From: Mobula hypostoma
Taxonomy: Eukaryota
Length of the DNA: 64,000 bases
NCBI RefSeq assembly: GCF_963921235.1
Contig: NC_086101.1
Span: forward strand, 190,464,001 to 190,528,000
Reading direction: 5' to 3'
Below the pieces are notes generated by a model. It did not search any database. It was not told the DNA's origin and worked only from the letters and a program-made list of their open reading frames with translations. Made by a program: the position numbers and the translations under genes. Shown one piece after another: positions 25,877 to 39,189 of the stretch. The stretch's first letter is position 1, and every line of letters begins with the position of its first letter.

Positions 25877-26480
25877 CCTCACACCGCGGACTCGGGCGCG
25901 CTGTCTCGGAGACTCGGCGACTAGGCAGGGCGGCAAACTGCGTCGCTCTCTTCCCCTCTCTGATGTCGCAAAAACCGAAAGTGAAGCTGCTGTCAGCTTC
26001 CTGTGTCTTTTGTGAAGTCCCCCGTTTAACTCCCGGTGAAGGGCGAAAGACTGGTCAAGTGCCCCACCTCCACGCGGGACTGATCCGACCGGCTCCGTCG
26101 CTGAACTGCGTGATCAACCGGGACTCTAGGCTCACCGGCACTGCCCGAGAGCGAGACTCTTCCGGCCTCTCCAACTCGCCCCGCTTCCTCAAAATAAAAA
26201 GCAACTGTGGCCGGCTGGACGCGCGGCGGCTCCGGAGATTTTTCTATCTCCAGGGCGTTCAGGAATTCTGAAGTGCAAAACCAAAGGGTAACCTAATCTA
26301 ACTCCTCCAAAGATAGAATGTGCGATACAGTCTTCCTCCTCGGAAATTCCAAGGGTAATTTTTCTTAAGCTGTTTAAAACAGGAAGCAGGTCAGGTAACG
26401 TGTACAACATTACCTCATTAATTTCAAGCCATTCTGTTTGCCACGAGGAACGAGGGGAGAAACCTTCAGGGGAAAAAACA
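25877..26480 (-). promoter_or_regulatory. Putative 5'UTR/promoter of gene A (CpG-rich island, ETS/PU.1-like motifs)
   Basis: Non-repetitive, CpG-rich sequence immediately upstream of the leader ATG; GGAA-core motifs such as cagcttcctgt, ccgcttcctc and aacaggaagc. Confidence 0.55.
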
Positions 26481-27842
26481 TTGCATTCAGAAGAAAGTGG
26501 ATCTCAGAGTATGAGGCTTTCTATACAATCGCAGAGGTCACTGGGTCTGAAGGTGAAGGGAAAATCCAGATTGATAGTAGGGAACCCAGAGTAGATGGTC
26601 AGGAACCTTTAGGAATCTCCAATCCAGTAATCCCTTCAACAGAATTCAGCACGGATATAGACCCTTCGGCCCAACGACCACCTTCTGGTCCCAATTTATA
26701 AACACAAGAGATTGGGCAGATGCTGCAACTCCAGAGTGAGGAGCTCAAAATGCTGGAGGAGCTCAACAAGATGGGCAGCATCTATGGAGGGGGAATAAAC
26801 AGTCGATGTTTTGGGCCGGGGAAAAGTCCTTAGTACGCTGTAAACGTTCTCTGGTCCTAATTTCCTGCGTTCGTCCCATATCCAGGCGCTTCCCGTTCCA
26901 TGTACCTAACCAAATGCTTCTTAAATGATACTATTTTACCCCCTCAACCTCTTCCTCTTAAAGCTGAAACTCAAAAAGTTACCCCTCGGGCCCCTTTCAA
27001 ATGTTACCTCTCTAACAATGAACCCCGCCATCTAGTCTTGGAATATTTTACGCTGGGGGGGAAAAAAACTATTACTGTCCATCTTAACTAACCGGAAACA
27101 ATAGGTGTACAAAGTTCATAGTAAATTTATTATCGGAGTGCATATGTCATTATTACACCCCTGAGATTCATTTTTTGTGGAGTGGGAGGTGTTTCTCACT
27201 CGGCAGATGTTGCCTGAACTGCCAGCTGTTTGCAGCATTTACAGAGGCGAGATAAAACCCAACACAATCTCTTTGACTTCCCACCATCAGACAGGAGGTA
27301 CCGTAGCATTAGGGCAGGGGCTGTTAGTATGGGAAACAGCTCCTTCCCCCCAAGGCCGTGAGACTACTGAACCGCCTGCCACCACCCACGTCTCATCACG
27401 TGTGAAGCGCCAGTAACGTCATACTGTGTACATTTTAACTTGTATCTTATATGCACCTTAAGATTTGTTGTTATTTATAGTAATGTTGCTTTATGTGTTT
27501 TGTGTGCGAGTTATACGTTGTGTCCATAGGTTCGGAGGAACGTTGTTTCGTTTGGCAGCGTTCATTTGTACAGTTGAAAGAACTTGAAGACAAGATTGCT
27601 CTCGACAGCACATGTGAAAGCTTTCAATGGCAGCAGTGACTGCGGCGTACAAGCCTCTGTCTCATAACTCGAGGGAACCAGGTCGGGAACTGTTTGCGCG
27701 TCCAGCGGTTAATTTATTTGCTGATGACACTCCCCGTTAGAAGGAACTCCTAATCTTGATGTACCAGTTTTCTGATTATTTTTGTTTGGCGTCCCGAGTT
27801 TAGCAAACACTGCACGGGGCACGCGACGGGGCGCGCCTGAAT

Positions 27843-27906
27843 GGGGAAACCCCAATGAGGGGAACCCCACTCATCAGCGACCCCAGCCTGGTGGTGTGAA
27901 ATCCCC
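27843..27906. promoter_or_regulatory. Cluster of three NF-kappaB-like sites about 2 kb upstream of the gene A ATG
   Basis: GGGGAAACCCC (27843-27853), GGGGAACCCC (27859-27868) and GGGGATTTCAC on the minus strand (27896-27906), in a unique CpG-containing island. Confidence 0.45.
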
Positions 27907-28749
27907 GCCACTGCCCTCTCCCAGCTCCCCCGAGCCCTGGCGGTATTTTGTTTTGTGTCAAAACCAATCTCGGCGATAACATTTTCCTCCCACGTACGTT
28001 CAGCCCGCCGTCTAACATTCAAATTTGGGTAAGTCCAGACAATTCGTAGGCGGGAATAGGTTTCTACAGAATTCAAATCACTTCAGAATCAATCAAATTT
28101 CTCTCACAATATAGAAAACCAACAGGAAACTGTCAGGTCGGCAGAAAAGGTCATTGGCTGCAGTTTACCGTCACTGCAGGACTTGTGTATGCCCAGGATA
28201 AAGAAACAGGCAGGAAAAATCATTGCAAACAAACTGCTTTTTCCAAACGCTCCCTATTGGAAAATACTGTAGGGCTATTAAAACAAAAACTTATTGTCAT
28301 TTTAAAAGCTTCTCCCTCAGACAGTTAATCTGATCGACCATTCAACTTCTATCCTGTGAACACCTTAAACCACCTTTTATAGTGTTGTCTACATTGTAAG
28401 CACAGTACCTACTGGTATTTACGAAAACAAATATTCCATACCTGTAGTTTAATGTCTAACTTTATTTTATATAAATCTTTATTTTTTTTTATAATTATTG
28501 AACGTTGTCTTTGGTTGCATGTCGGGCCCTGATCAACACAGCCCGTCGGGACCATACCCAGCCGTCGCTGACTGATAGGAGCAATGCCCGCGGGAGCTAT
28601 GCAGCAGCAAGTGGGAGACACGCTGCAGTGAGCACAGAAGCCTAGGCCCCGGAGGAGCTGCCATAGCTGCCAACCTTGGTGGTAGTAGCAAATGTTCTAA
28701 CCGGAACACTGAAGGCAGAAACAATTGTATCTGTTTGATGAGATTTGGT

Positions 28750-30470
28750 ATAAGACCATAAGAATTAGGCCATTTTGGCTCATTGCTTCTTCTCCGCTAT
28801 TTTATCAAGGCTGATCCAATTTTCCTCTCAACCCCAGTCTCCTGCCTTCTCCCAATATGTCTTCATGCCCAGAACAATTAAGGATCTATCAACCTCTGCC
28901 TTAAATATACATAAATACTTGGCCTTCACTACAACCTGTGACAAAGAATTCCACAGATTCACCACTCTCTAGTTAAAGAAATGCCTTCTCATCTCCATAA
29001 AATGTCTCTCTATTCTGGGGCTGTGTCCGCTGGTCTTAGACTCTCCCAACATAAGAAACATTCTCTCTACATCCACTCTATCAAGGCCTTACACCATCAG
29101 ATAGGCTTCAATGAGGTCACTCCTCATTCTTCTGAATTCTAGTGAATACAGGCTCAGAGCCATCAAACACTCTTAATGTGACAAGCCATTCAATCCTGGA
29201 ATCATTTTCGTGAACCTCCTTTGAACCCTCTCCAGTGTCAGCAAATCCTTTCTCAGATAAGGGGCCCAAACCTGCTCATAATACTCCGTGAGGTCTCACC
29301 AGGGCTTTATAAAGTTTCAACATTACATCCTTGCTTTTATATTCTAGTCCTCTTGAAATGAATGCTAACATTGCATTTGCCTTCCTCACCACAGACTCAA
29401 CCTGCAAATTAACCTTTAGGGAATCCTACACAAGGACTCCCAAGAACCTTTGCATCTCAGTTTTTTTTTGTATTTTCTCTCCACTTTGAAAATAGTCAAC
29501 CCTTTCATTTCTTCTACCAAAGTGCATGACCATACACTTACCAACACTGTATTCCATCTGCCATTTCTTTGCCCATTTTCTTAATCTAAGTCCTTCTGTA
29601 GTTTCTACTTCCTCATGACTACCTGCCCCTCCACCGACCTCCATATCATCGCAAGCTTTGCAATAAAGCCATCAATTTCACCATGCAAATCACTGATATA
29701 AAACGTAGAAAGAATCAGTCCCAACACAGACTCCTGTAGAACACCACTAGTCACCAGCAGCCAGTCAGAAAAGGTTCCCTTCATTCCCACTCTTTACCTC
29801 CTGCCAATCAGCCACTGCTTTATCTACTCTAGAAACTTTCCTGTAATACCATGGGCTCATAGCTTATTAAGCAGCCTCATGTCCGGCACCTTGTCAAAGG
29901 CCTTCTGAATATCCAAGTACACAACATGAAGCGATTCTCCTTTGTCTATCCTGCCTGTTATTTCATCAAAGAATTCCAATAGATTTGTTAGGCAAGATTT
30001 TCCTTTAGGGAAACCATGCTGACTACGGCCTATTTTATCATGTGCCTCCAAGTACCCCGAGACCTCATCGTCAAAAATCGATTCCAACATCTTCCCAACC
30101 ACTGAGTTAAGACCAACTGGTCTATAGTTTCCTTTCTTCTGCCTCTCTCTCTTCTTGAAGAGTGGAGTGCCATTCGCAATTTTCCAGTCTTCCGGGACCA
30201 TTCCAGAATCTAGTGATTCTTGAAAGATCATTACTAATGCCTCCATGATCTCTTTAGCCACCTTTTTCAGAATTCTGGGGTGTACTCCATCTGGTGCAGG
30301 TAACTTATCTACCTTCAGACTCTTCAGTTTCCCAAGAACGTTGTATCTAGTTTTGGTAATTTCACACACTTCATATCCCTTGGCACCTGGAACTTCCACC
30401 AGACTGCTAGTGTCTTCCACTCTGAAGACAGATGCAAAATACTTCTCAGTTCATCCGCCATTTCCTCATT
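28750..30470 (-). mobile_element. 5'-truncated CR1 LINE (RT and 3' end)
   Basis: NYRPVGLNSVVGK, SQHGFPKGKSCLTNLLEFFDEI, KWQMEYSVGKC on the minus strand. Confidence 0.85.
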
Positions 30471-31064
30471 CCCCATTACTACCTCTGCGGGACAGCTTCT
30501 TCCACCAGGCCATCAGACTGTTTAACTCATGCTGACACAACTGTATTTCTGTGTTATATTGATTATCCTGTTGTACATACTATTTATTATAATTTACTAT
30601 AAATTGCACATTGCATATTTAGATGGAGATGTAACGTAAAGATTTTTACTCCTCGTGTATATGAAGGTAATAAAGTCAATTCAATGCAATTCATCAAAAG
30701 GTGATGCCTGAAAAAGGTGGCATCCATCATTGGGGACCCAAACACCCAGGACATGCATCCTTCTTATTGTTACCATCAGAGGGGAGGTACAGAAGCCTGA
30801 AGACACACACCCAGTGATTCAGGAACAGCTTCTTCCCATCCACCATTCGATTTTTGAATGGTCCATGAACCAATCCATACCATCCACTATTTTGCTCTTT
30901 TTACACTACCTATTTATTTTTAAAAATTATACAGTATTTCTTATTGTAACTTAGTAACTTGCTATGCATTGTATTATACTGCTGCTCAGTCATTAAACTT
31001 TCTCATTCCACATAGACACCACTCTTCGCATAAAAGGGTTGCCCCTCAAACCCCTAGCATAGTG

Positions 31065-31330
31065 GTTAGCATAACGCTTTACAGTACGAGCGACCTAAGT
31101 TCAATACCCTCCACTGTCTGTAAGGTGCTTGCACTGTTCATCATCCCCGTGACTGCATGGATTTCCTTCGGGTGCTCAGGTTTCAACCCACAGTTTAAAG
31201 ACGTACTGGTTGGTAGGTTAATTGGTTATTGTAAACTGTCCCATGATTAGTCTAGGATTATATCGGGGGTTGCGGCCAGCGTGGCTTAAGGGGCCAGATA
31301 GGGCCTACTCCAGCTGTATCTCAATAAATA
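31065..31330 (+). mobile_element. tRNA-derived SINE (V-SINE/HE1-like)
   Basis: A-box-like tagcatagtggttagc and B-box-like agttcaatacc, followed by the shared SINE core. Confidence 0.65.
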
Positions 31331-32809
31331 AATAAAAATAAATCTTTCCCCTCTCACCTTAAACCTATGCCCTTTATTTCTTTTAATTCTCCAGAGTGCA
31401 GCTTGAACCAATAGTCGAGAGGAAAGAGAAGGTTAGTGGCTCCTTCCCATGTAGCTCTCCCAGAGCACCCATTTCTGCTCATGTGACCCTGACCTCAGCA
31501 AGCATCACTAGATCCACTGTTAGTCCCACAGAAACCACTTTCTTGCTGGGTGTTAACGTGCCCCCGGAAAGCACTGACATCACAAGTACCAACCAGGATC
31601 TCTGGTCCACCTGGATTACACAGAACAGTACAGCACAGGAGAAGGCCATTTGGCTCATGGTATCACTGCTGAGCACAATGCCAAATTAAACTAAATCTCT
31701 TCTGTCTGCACATGACCTATATTCCCCCCCCCCGCCCCCCGCCACCCCGTGTGTCTTGTCCAAAGCCTCTTAACACTATAAAACATAAAAGTCGTATTAG
31801 GCCATTTGGCCCATCGAGTCCACTCTGTTATTCCATCATGGCTGATTTATTAGATCTCTCAAACCCTGCCTTCTGCCTTCTCCCCGTAACCTTTGATGTC
31901 CGGACTAATCAAAAACCTATCAATCTCCGCTTTAAATATACTCGATAGTTTGGCCTCTGCCTTAAGCACCTCTATCTACTTTGACTCCTGACAGCCTGTT
32001 CTAAACACCCACCACTCTCTGTGTAACAAAAACCCGCCTCTCACTATGTCCTCCAGTCCTTCCCATCTGCTCTGTATCTGACTACAGGAAACAACAGAGA
32101 GTTGTGGTCACAGTTCAGCACCCACAAGAACCAGCCTCCTCTTTATGGACTCGGTCTGTACTTCTTGCTGCCTCAGTAAAGCAGCCAGCATAATCAAAGG
32201 TCCCACCCGCCCCAGACATTCTCTCTTCTCTCTTCTCCCCTCTCCCATCGGGCAGAAGGGACAAAAGTCTGAAAGCACGTCCCACCAGCTTCACGTACAG
32301 TTTCTACTCCGCTGTTACCAGACACTGGAATGCATCACGTGTACAGTCTTGGCCTCACAATCTACCTCATCAAGATCTCGCATTTTATTGTTTACTGCAC
32401 TGCACAGTTTTGGTAGCATTTACAGTTTATTCTGCATTGTCATTGTTTTACCTTGTTCTACTGCAATACAATGTGATGTGTATAAACAATGTACAAGACA
32501 GGCTTTTCACTGCATCTTGGGACATGTGACTATAATATTAATTAACCAATACCAACAGCCACTGTGCGGAAGATTTTTGGTAGACAAGGATCTGGTATTA
32601 AACCAGTTTGCATTTCTGCAGTGTATAGAAAAACATGTAGATAATCATCTTTCTATTTAATGTTGACAAACATCCTTCACCATGATTTCCCTGCCAAATG
32701 TAAATGAGGATATCAGGGATGCAACAGGATCAGAGCTTTAGGTCAAAGTCTCATTGGCAAACCCACCTCTAGGCTTTTAACTTCCTGCAACAGAAGCACC
32801 CTTGCTTTG

Positions 32810-34090
32810 TCTGCAACATGGAGGGTTTCTTGGTGGCCACCCATTTTCACTCCAATCCCCATTCCCATTCCAGCATGTCAGTCCATGGCCTCCTCTACTC
32901 CCACAACGAGACCGCACTTGGGTTGGAGGAGCATCACCTCATATTCCTCTTGGGTAACCTCCAACCTGGTGGCATGTGCATCAATTCTCCAACTTCCAAT
33001 AACGTCTCCCCTTCCCCTTCTCTCATTATCCATCCCCAGTCTGGCTCCCCTCTTACCAGTTCTATTCTCCTCACCTACCTATCACCTCCCTCTGGTGCCC
33101 TTCCTCCTTCCCTTTCTCCCATGGTGCACTCTCCTGCCCTATCAGATTCAGCTTTCTTCAGTCTTTTACCTCTTCCATCTATCACCTCCCAGCTGCTGAC
33201 TTCATCCCCTTCCCCCACTCACCCACCTTCCCCCTCACCTTGTCTCATCTCTCACTGCTAGTCCCTCCGCTCTGCCTACTTTCTTATTCTGATCCCTTTC
33301 TTTCACATTCTGAGGGAGGAGAAGATGGCGGCGCGACGGCAGCGCGCATGGTCACTTCGGTGGTGATGTCTGTAATCTGTCAAGTAGGGACCGTGCACAA
33401 TCCTGATTTGATGGAGACAGATGTGAGAGCACGGAGGAACATCTGGAAAACTTCTGAAATGCCCGCTTCGCTGCCGCTGCTACTGTGTGGTAACCGGAAT
33501 CTCCGGAGCTGAAGGCCCCGAAATCCTCGGTTTTGCATGTTTCAGCGGCCGGGGAGGGGTCGAAGGCGCTTGGCAGAGGATGGCGCTCGGGAGGCTGTAT
33601 CGGAGAGGCTGGTCAGGAACTCGAAGTTTTAGGATGGATGGACTCAGTGTCGGCTGGGGTCGGCTGCTTCCAAGGTATCGGCAAGTTGACGGTGCCTGGA
33701 GGTTTATGGCAGGGAGTTTCTCCCTTTTGCCGCCTGTTATCGAGGACTCGGGAGTCGTTCGACTCGGGGACTTTGAGACTTTATTTTACTGTGCCTATGG
33801 TCTGTTCTTCATCAAATTATGGTACTGCTTTGCACTGCTGTAACTATATGTTATAATTATGTGGTTCTGTCAGTTTTAGTCTTTGGTTTGTTCTGTTTTC
33901 TGTGATATCACTCCGGAGAAACATTGTATCATTTCTTAATGCATGTATGCATTTCTAAATGACAATAAAAAGAGGACTGAGTGTTCTCATGATCTAATCT
34001 AATAAAGGGTCTTGGCCCAAAACATCAACTCTATTCCTCTCCGTGGATGATCTCTGTCTTGCTGGGTTCCTCTGGCACATTTTGTGTGTG
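32810..34090 (+). mobile_element. Penelope 3' fragment interrupted at its hammerhead by a 0.7-kb element
   Basis: VATHFHSNPHSHSSMSVHGLLY...LEEHHLIFLLGNLQPGGM; terminus split as ttctga|insert|aaagggtcttggcccaaaacatc. Confidence 0.7.
33314..34003 (+). mobile_element. About 0.65-kb non-coding retroposon family, copy 1
   Basis: AAGATGGCGGCG head; AATAAAA..CTCAT..(CTAAT)n tail; homologous to 46707-47210 and 56710-57340. Confidence 0.75.
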
Positions 34091-34476
34091 CTAATCATCA
34101 TGTTTACTGTTTCCCATGAGACAGGTTTTGGCTACTTTCTTTGGAAAATATAGCAGAACAAGTTTTAAAGTTAAGGTGAAATGCTGGAGGAAGTTGTTGC
34201 AGTCTCAGGAAATCAGAATCATTTTATTGCCAGTATGTGAGACATACTAGAGTTCATTGTGGTACAGTGCCAGGCATAACACCATGGGACACCACAAGAC
34301 AATGACAACCAACAATACACAAGACACAGGGAGAATGCTGGAGCAACACAGCAGGCCAGGCGTTATCTATGGAAAAGAGTAAACAGTCAATGTTTCGGGC
34401 CACGTTGATTGAAACTCGGCCCAAGTCTCGACTGTTTACTCTTTTCCATAGATACTGCCTGGCCTGCCGAGATCCA

Positions 34477-37400
34477 CGGATGGTAGTTTGCCTCCCAGGT
34501 GCCAGGGTCCGGGATGTTTCAGATCGTGTCCAAGATACCCTGCAGTTGGAGGGAGAACAGCCAGAGGTGGTGGTACATATTGGTACCAGCGGCATAGGAA
34601 GGAAAAGGGAAGAGGTCCTGAAAACAGACTAGAGGGAGTTAGGAAGGAAGTTGAGAAACAGGACCGCACAGGTAGTAATCTCGGGATTATTGCCTGTGCC
34701 ACACAACAGTGAGTATAGGAATAGAATGAGGTGGAGGATAAATGCGTGGCTGTGGGATTGGAGCAGGGAGCAGGGATTCAGATTTCTGGATCATTGGGAC
34801 CTCTTTTGGGGCAGGTATGACCTGTACAAAAAGGACAGTTTGCTAAGGCTGCTGGGGAGAGTTTAAACTAGAACTGTTGGGGGGTGGGAACCGAACCGAA
34901 GAGAACTGGGGAAGAGGCAGTTGGCTCACAAATAGAGAAAGCTTGGAGACAGTGTGTGAGGGAGGACAGGCAGGTGATCGAGAAGGGATGTGCTCAGATG
35001 GACGGTTTGAGATGTGTCTATTTTAATGCAAGGAGTATTGTGAACAAAGCAGATGAGCTTAGAGCGTGGATCAGTACTTGGAGCTATGATGTGGTGGCCA
35101 TTACAGAGACTTGAATGGGCTCAGGGACAGGAATGGTTCCTTCAATTGCCGGGTTTTAGATGTTTCTGAAAGGACAGGGAGGGAGGCAAAAGAGATGGGA
35201 TGTGGCACTGCTGATCAGAGATAGTGTCACGGCTGCAGAAAAGGTGGAAGTCATGGAGGGATTGTCTATGGAGTCTCTGTGGGTGGAGGTTAGGAACAGG
35301 AAGGGCCAATACCTTTACTGGGTGCTTTTTATAGGCCGCCCAATAGTAACAGGGATATCGAGGAGCAGATAGGGAAACAGACCCTGGAAAGCTGTAATAA
35401 TAACAGAGTTGTCGTGATAGGAGATTTTAATTTCCCAAATATCGATTGGCATCTCCCTAGAGCAAAGGGTTTAGATGGGGTGGAGTTTGTTAGGTGTATT
35501 CAGGAAGGTTTCTTGACACAATATGTAGATAAGCCGACAAGAGGAGAGGCTGTACTTGATCTGGTATTGGGAAATGAACCTGGTCAGATGTCAGATCTCT
35601 CAGTGGGAGAGCATTTTGGAGATAGTGATCATAATTCTATCTCCTTTACAATAGCATTGGAGAGAGATAGGAACAGACAAGCTAGAAAAGCGTTTGTGTG
35701 GAGTTCTGCATAGGTACGCTCCAATGAGATGGGGAAGTTATGGTAGGGTACAGCAACCGTGGTGTACAAAGGCTGTAATAAATCTAGTCAAGAAGAAAAG
35801 AAAAGCTTACAAAAGGTTCAGAGAGCTAGGTAATGTTAGAGATCTAGAAGATTATAAGGCTAATAGGAAGGAGCTTAAGAAGGAAATTAGGAGAGCCAGA
35901 AGGGGCCATGAGAAGGCCTTGGCGGGCAGGATTAAGAAAAACCCCAAGGCATTCTACAAGTATATGAAGAGCAAGAGGATAAGATGTGAAAGAATAGGAC
36001 CAATCAAGTGTGACAGTGGGAAAGTGTGTATGGAGCCAGAGGAAATAGCAGAGGTACTTAATGAATACTTTACTTCAATATTTACAATGGAAAAGGATCT
36101 TAGTGATTGTAGTGATGACTTGCAGCAGACTGAAAAGCTTGAGCTTGTAGATATTAAGAAAGAGGATGTGCTGGAGCTTTTGGAAAGTATCAAGTTGGAT
36201 AAGTCGCCGGGCCTGAATGCGATGTACCCCAGGCTACTACAGGAGGCGGGGGAGGAGATTACTGAGCCTCTGGTGATGATCTTTGAATCATCAATGGGGA
36301 CAGGAGAGGTTCTGGAGGATTGGATGTTGTTCCTTTATTCAAGAAAGGGAGTAGAGATAGTCCAGAAAATTATAGACCAGTGAGTCTTATTTCAGTGGTT
36401 GGTAAATTGATGGAGAAGATCCTGAGAGGCAAGATTTATGAACATTTGGAGAGGTATAATATTATTAGGAGTAGTCAGCATGGCTTTGTCAAAGGCAGGT
36501 CGTGCCTTGCGAGCCTGATTGAATTTTTTGAGGATGTGACTAAATTAATTGATGAAGGCAGAGCTGTAAATGTAGTGTATATGGATTTCAGCAAGACATT
36601 TGATAAGATACCCCATGCAAGGCTTATTGAGAAAGTAAGGAGGCATGGGATCCAAGGGGACATTGCTTTGTGGATCCAGAACTGGCTTGCCCACAGAAGG
36701 TAAAGAGTGGTTGTAGATGCGTTATTTTCTGCATGGAGGTCAGTGGTATGCTTCAGGGATCTGTTCTGGGACCCTTACTCTTCATGATTTTTATAATTGA
36801 CCTGGATGAGGAAGTGGAGGGATGTGTTAGTAAGTTTGCTGATGACGCAAAGGTTGGAAGTGTTGTGGATAGTGTGGAGGGCTGTCAGAGGTTACAGCGG
36901 GACATTGATAGGATGCAAAACTGGGCTGAGAAGTGGCAGATGCAGTTCAACCCAGATAAGTGTGAAGTGGTTCATTTTGGTAGGTCAAATATGATGGCAG
37001 AATATAGTATTTATTGGTAAGACTCTTGGCAGTGTAGAGGATCAGAGGGATCTTGGGGTCCCAGTCCACAGGACACTCAAAGCAGCTGCACAGGTTGACT
37101 CTGTGGTTAAGAAGGCATATGGTGTATTGGCCTTCATCAATCGTGGAATTGAATTTTGGAGCCGAGAGGTAATGTTGCAGCTATATAGGACCCTGGTCAG
37201 ACCCCATTTGGAGTACTATGCTCACTTCTGGTCGCCTCACTACAGGAAGAATGTGGAAGCCATAGAAAGGGTGCAGAGGAGGTTTCCAAGGATGTTGCCT
37301 GGATTGGGGAGCATGCCTTATGAGAACAGGTTGAATGATTTTGGCCTTTTCTCCTTGGAGCGACGGAGGATGAGAGGTGACCTGATAGAGATATATAAGA

Positions 37401-37745
37401 TGATGAGAGGCATTGATCATGTGGATAGTCAGAGGCTTTTTCCCAGGGCTGAAATGGTTGCCACAAGAGTACACAGGTTTAAGGTGCTGGGGAGTAGGTA
37501 CAGAGGAGATATCAGGGGTAAGTTCTTTACGTAGAGAGTGGTGAGTGCGTGGAATGGGCTGCTGGCAATGGTGTTGGATGAGGATACGATAGGGTCTTTT
37601 AAGAGACTCTTGGATAGGTACATGGAGCTTAGAAAAATAGAGTGCTATGGGTAAGCCTAGTAATTTCTAAGGTAGTGACATGTTCGGCACAACTTTGTGG
37701 GCCGAAAGGCCTGTATTGTGCTGTAGGTTTTCTATGTTTCTATGT
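34477..37745 (+). mobile_element. Degenerate CR1 LINE (partial ORF1 + broken ORF2)
   Basis: MVVCLPGARVRDV...VVHIGT; YFNARSI, GDSDHN, SQHGFVKGRSCL, KFADD; tail (ttctatg)n. Confidence 0.9.
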
Positions 37746-39189
37746 TTTTGTCTATGTTGCTTGGATTTCCAGCATCTGCAGATTTTGTTGTGTTTGTGCA
37801 TTTACAAGTCAAAAGTGCAAGCAGCTATGAGCAATTGACAATTAGCAGAATGGTCACATGCACAAATGTTAACAATCAGACTTAAATAAATGTGAACGTA
37901 TGAACAGACTCAACAATTATCAACAGAACAAGGAGGGCAGGAGAGACAATTTAATGGATATTGCGCAGGGACAGTTAGGGTATTACACTTGAATGTGTTT
38001 TGTGAAGAAGTTGGATAGCTACAGGAAAGAAGATTCAGAGATTATGTGTAGTCCTGTCCTGGTGGTGATGGACTTGTAGCGTCTCCCTGATGGCAATCTG
38101 GTGAATAAGTGACTGCTAGGATGGGTGGAGTCAGCAGCAATTTTTTCAGCTCTTTTCTCTGCTTTGGCAATGAGCAGGTCTTCTAATGTCGGTAGCTGAC
38201 AGCCAATGATCTCCTTCACTGAGTGGACCACGCACTGCAACCTGGACTTGGAGAGGAAGGAGCTAAACTTCCTGGATGTCATGACTCATGAACTAAAACT
38301 GACAGGAATGAACCTTTAACGAAGGGGATATTTAGAGATTAACAGTCTTCACAATGCACTTGAACAGCAGCAGCGAGCTGATGCTGTAATTAGGGAATCA
38401 GCTCAGCTTTGAACTGTAGCATTTCTACTGGTAACTTTGTCATTAACAGTCCTCCCACTACAGTCCACTATTCTCCATCCCATCACCAGGTGGAATGTAT
38501 TCTAGCTGCAGGTCAGTGCCCAGTAGTGGTCTGCAGGGAGCTGTTCTGGGACCTCTGCTCTTTGAGAATTTTATAAATGACTTGGATGAGGAAGTGCAAG
38601 TGTGGGCTCGTCAGCTGCAGATGAGATGAAGGTTGCTGATATCGTGGGTAGTGTAGAAGATCAGGAGATTGATAGGATGCAAAGCTGGGCTGAGGAGCAG
38701 CGGATGGAGTTTCGTCCTGAAAATGTGAACTTTGGAATGTCGAAAATTAAGGGATGACAAAGAAGTCAAAGATTGGAGTACAAAGAAGGTTCACCAGATT
38801 GATTCCTGGGATGGCAGGACTTTCATATGATGAAGGACTGGATCGACTAGACTTATACTCATTGGAATTTAGAAGATTGAGGGGAGATCTTATTGAAACG
38901 TATAAAATCATAAAGGGATTGGACAGGCTAGATGTAGGAAAATTGTTCCCGATGTTGGGGAAGTCCAGAACGAGGAGTCACAGTTTGATGATAAAGGGGA
39001 AGCCTTTTAGGACCGAGATTAGGAAAAACTTCTTCACACAGAGAGTGGTGAATCTGTGGAATTCTCTGCCACAGGAAACAGTTGAGGCCAGTTCATTGGC
39101 TATATTTAAGAGGGAGTTAGATATGGCCCTTGTGGCTAAAGGGATCTGTGGGTATGGAGAGAAGGCAGGTACAGGGTTCTGAGTTGGAT

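Noticed and set aside
26189-26410. Minus-strand ORF as the cytoplasmic exon of gene B
   Set aside because: No convincing acceptor or tyrosine motif; it lies in the presumed gene A promoter.
31065-31140. tRNA gene
   Set aside because: A/B boxes only, followed by SINE body; I could not fold a complete cloverleaf.
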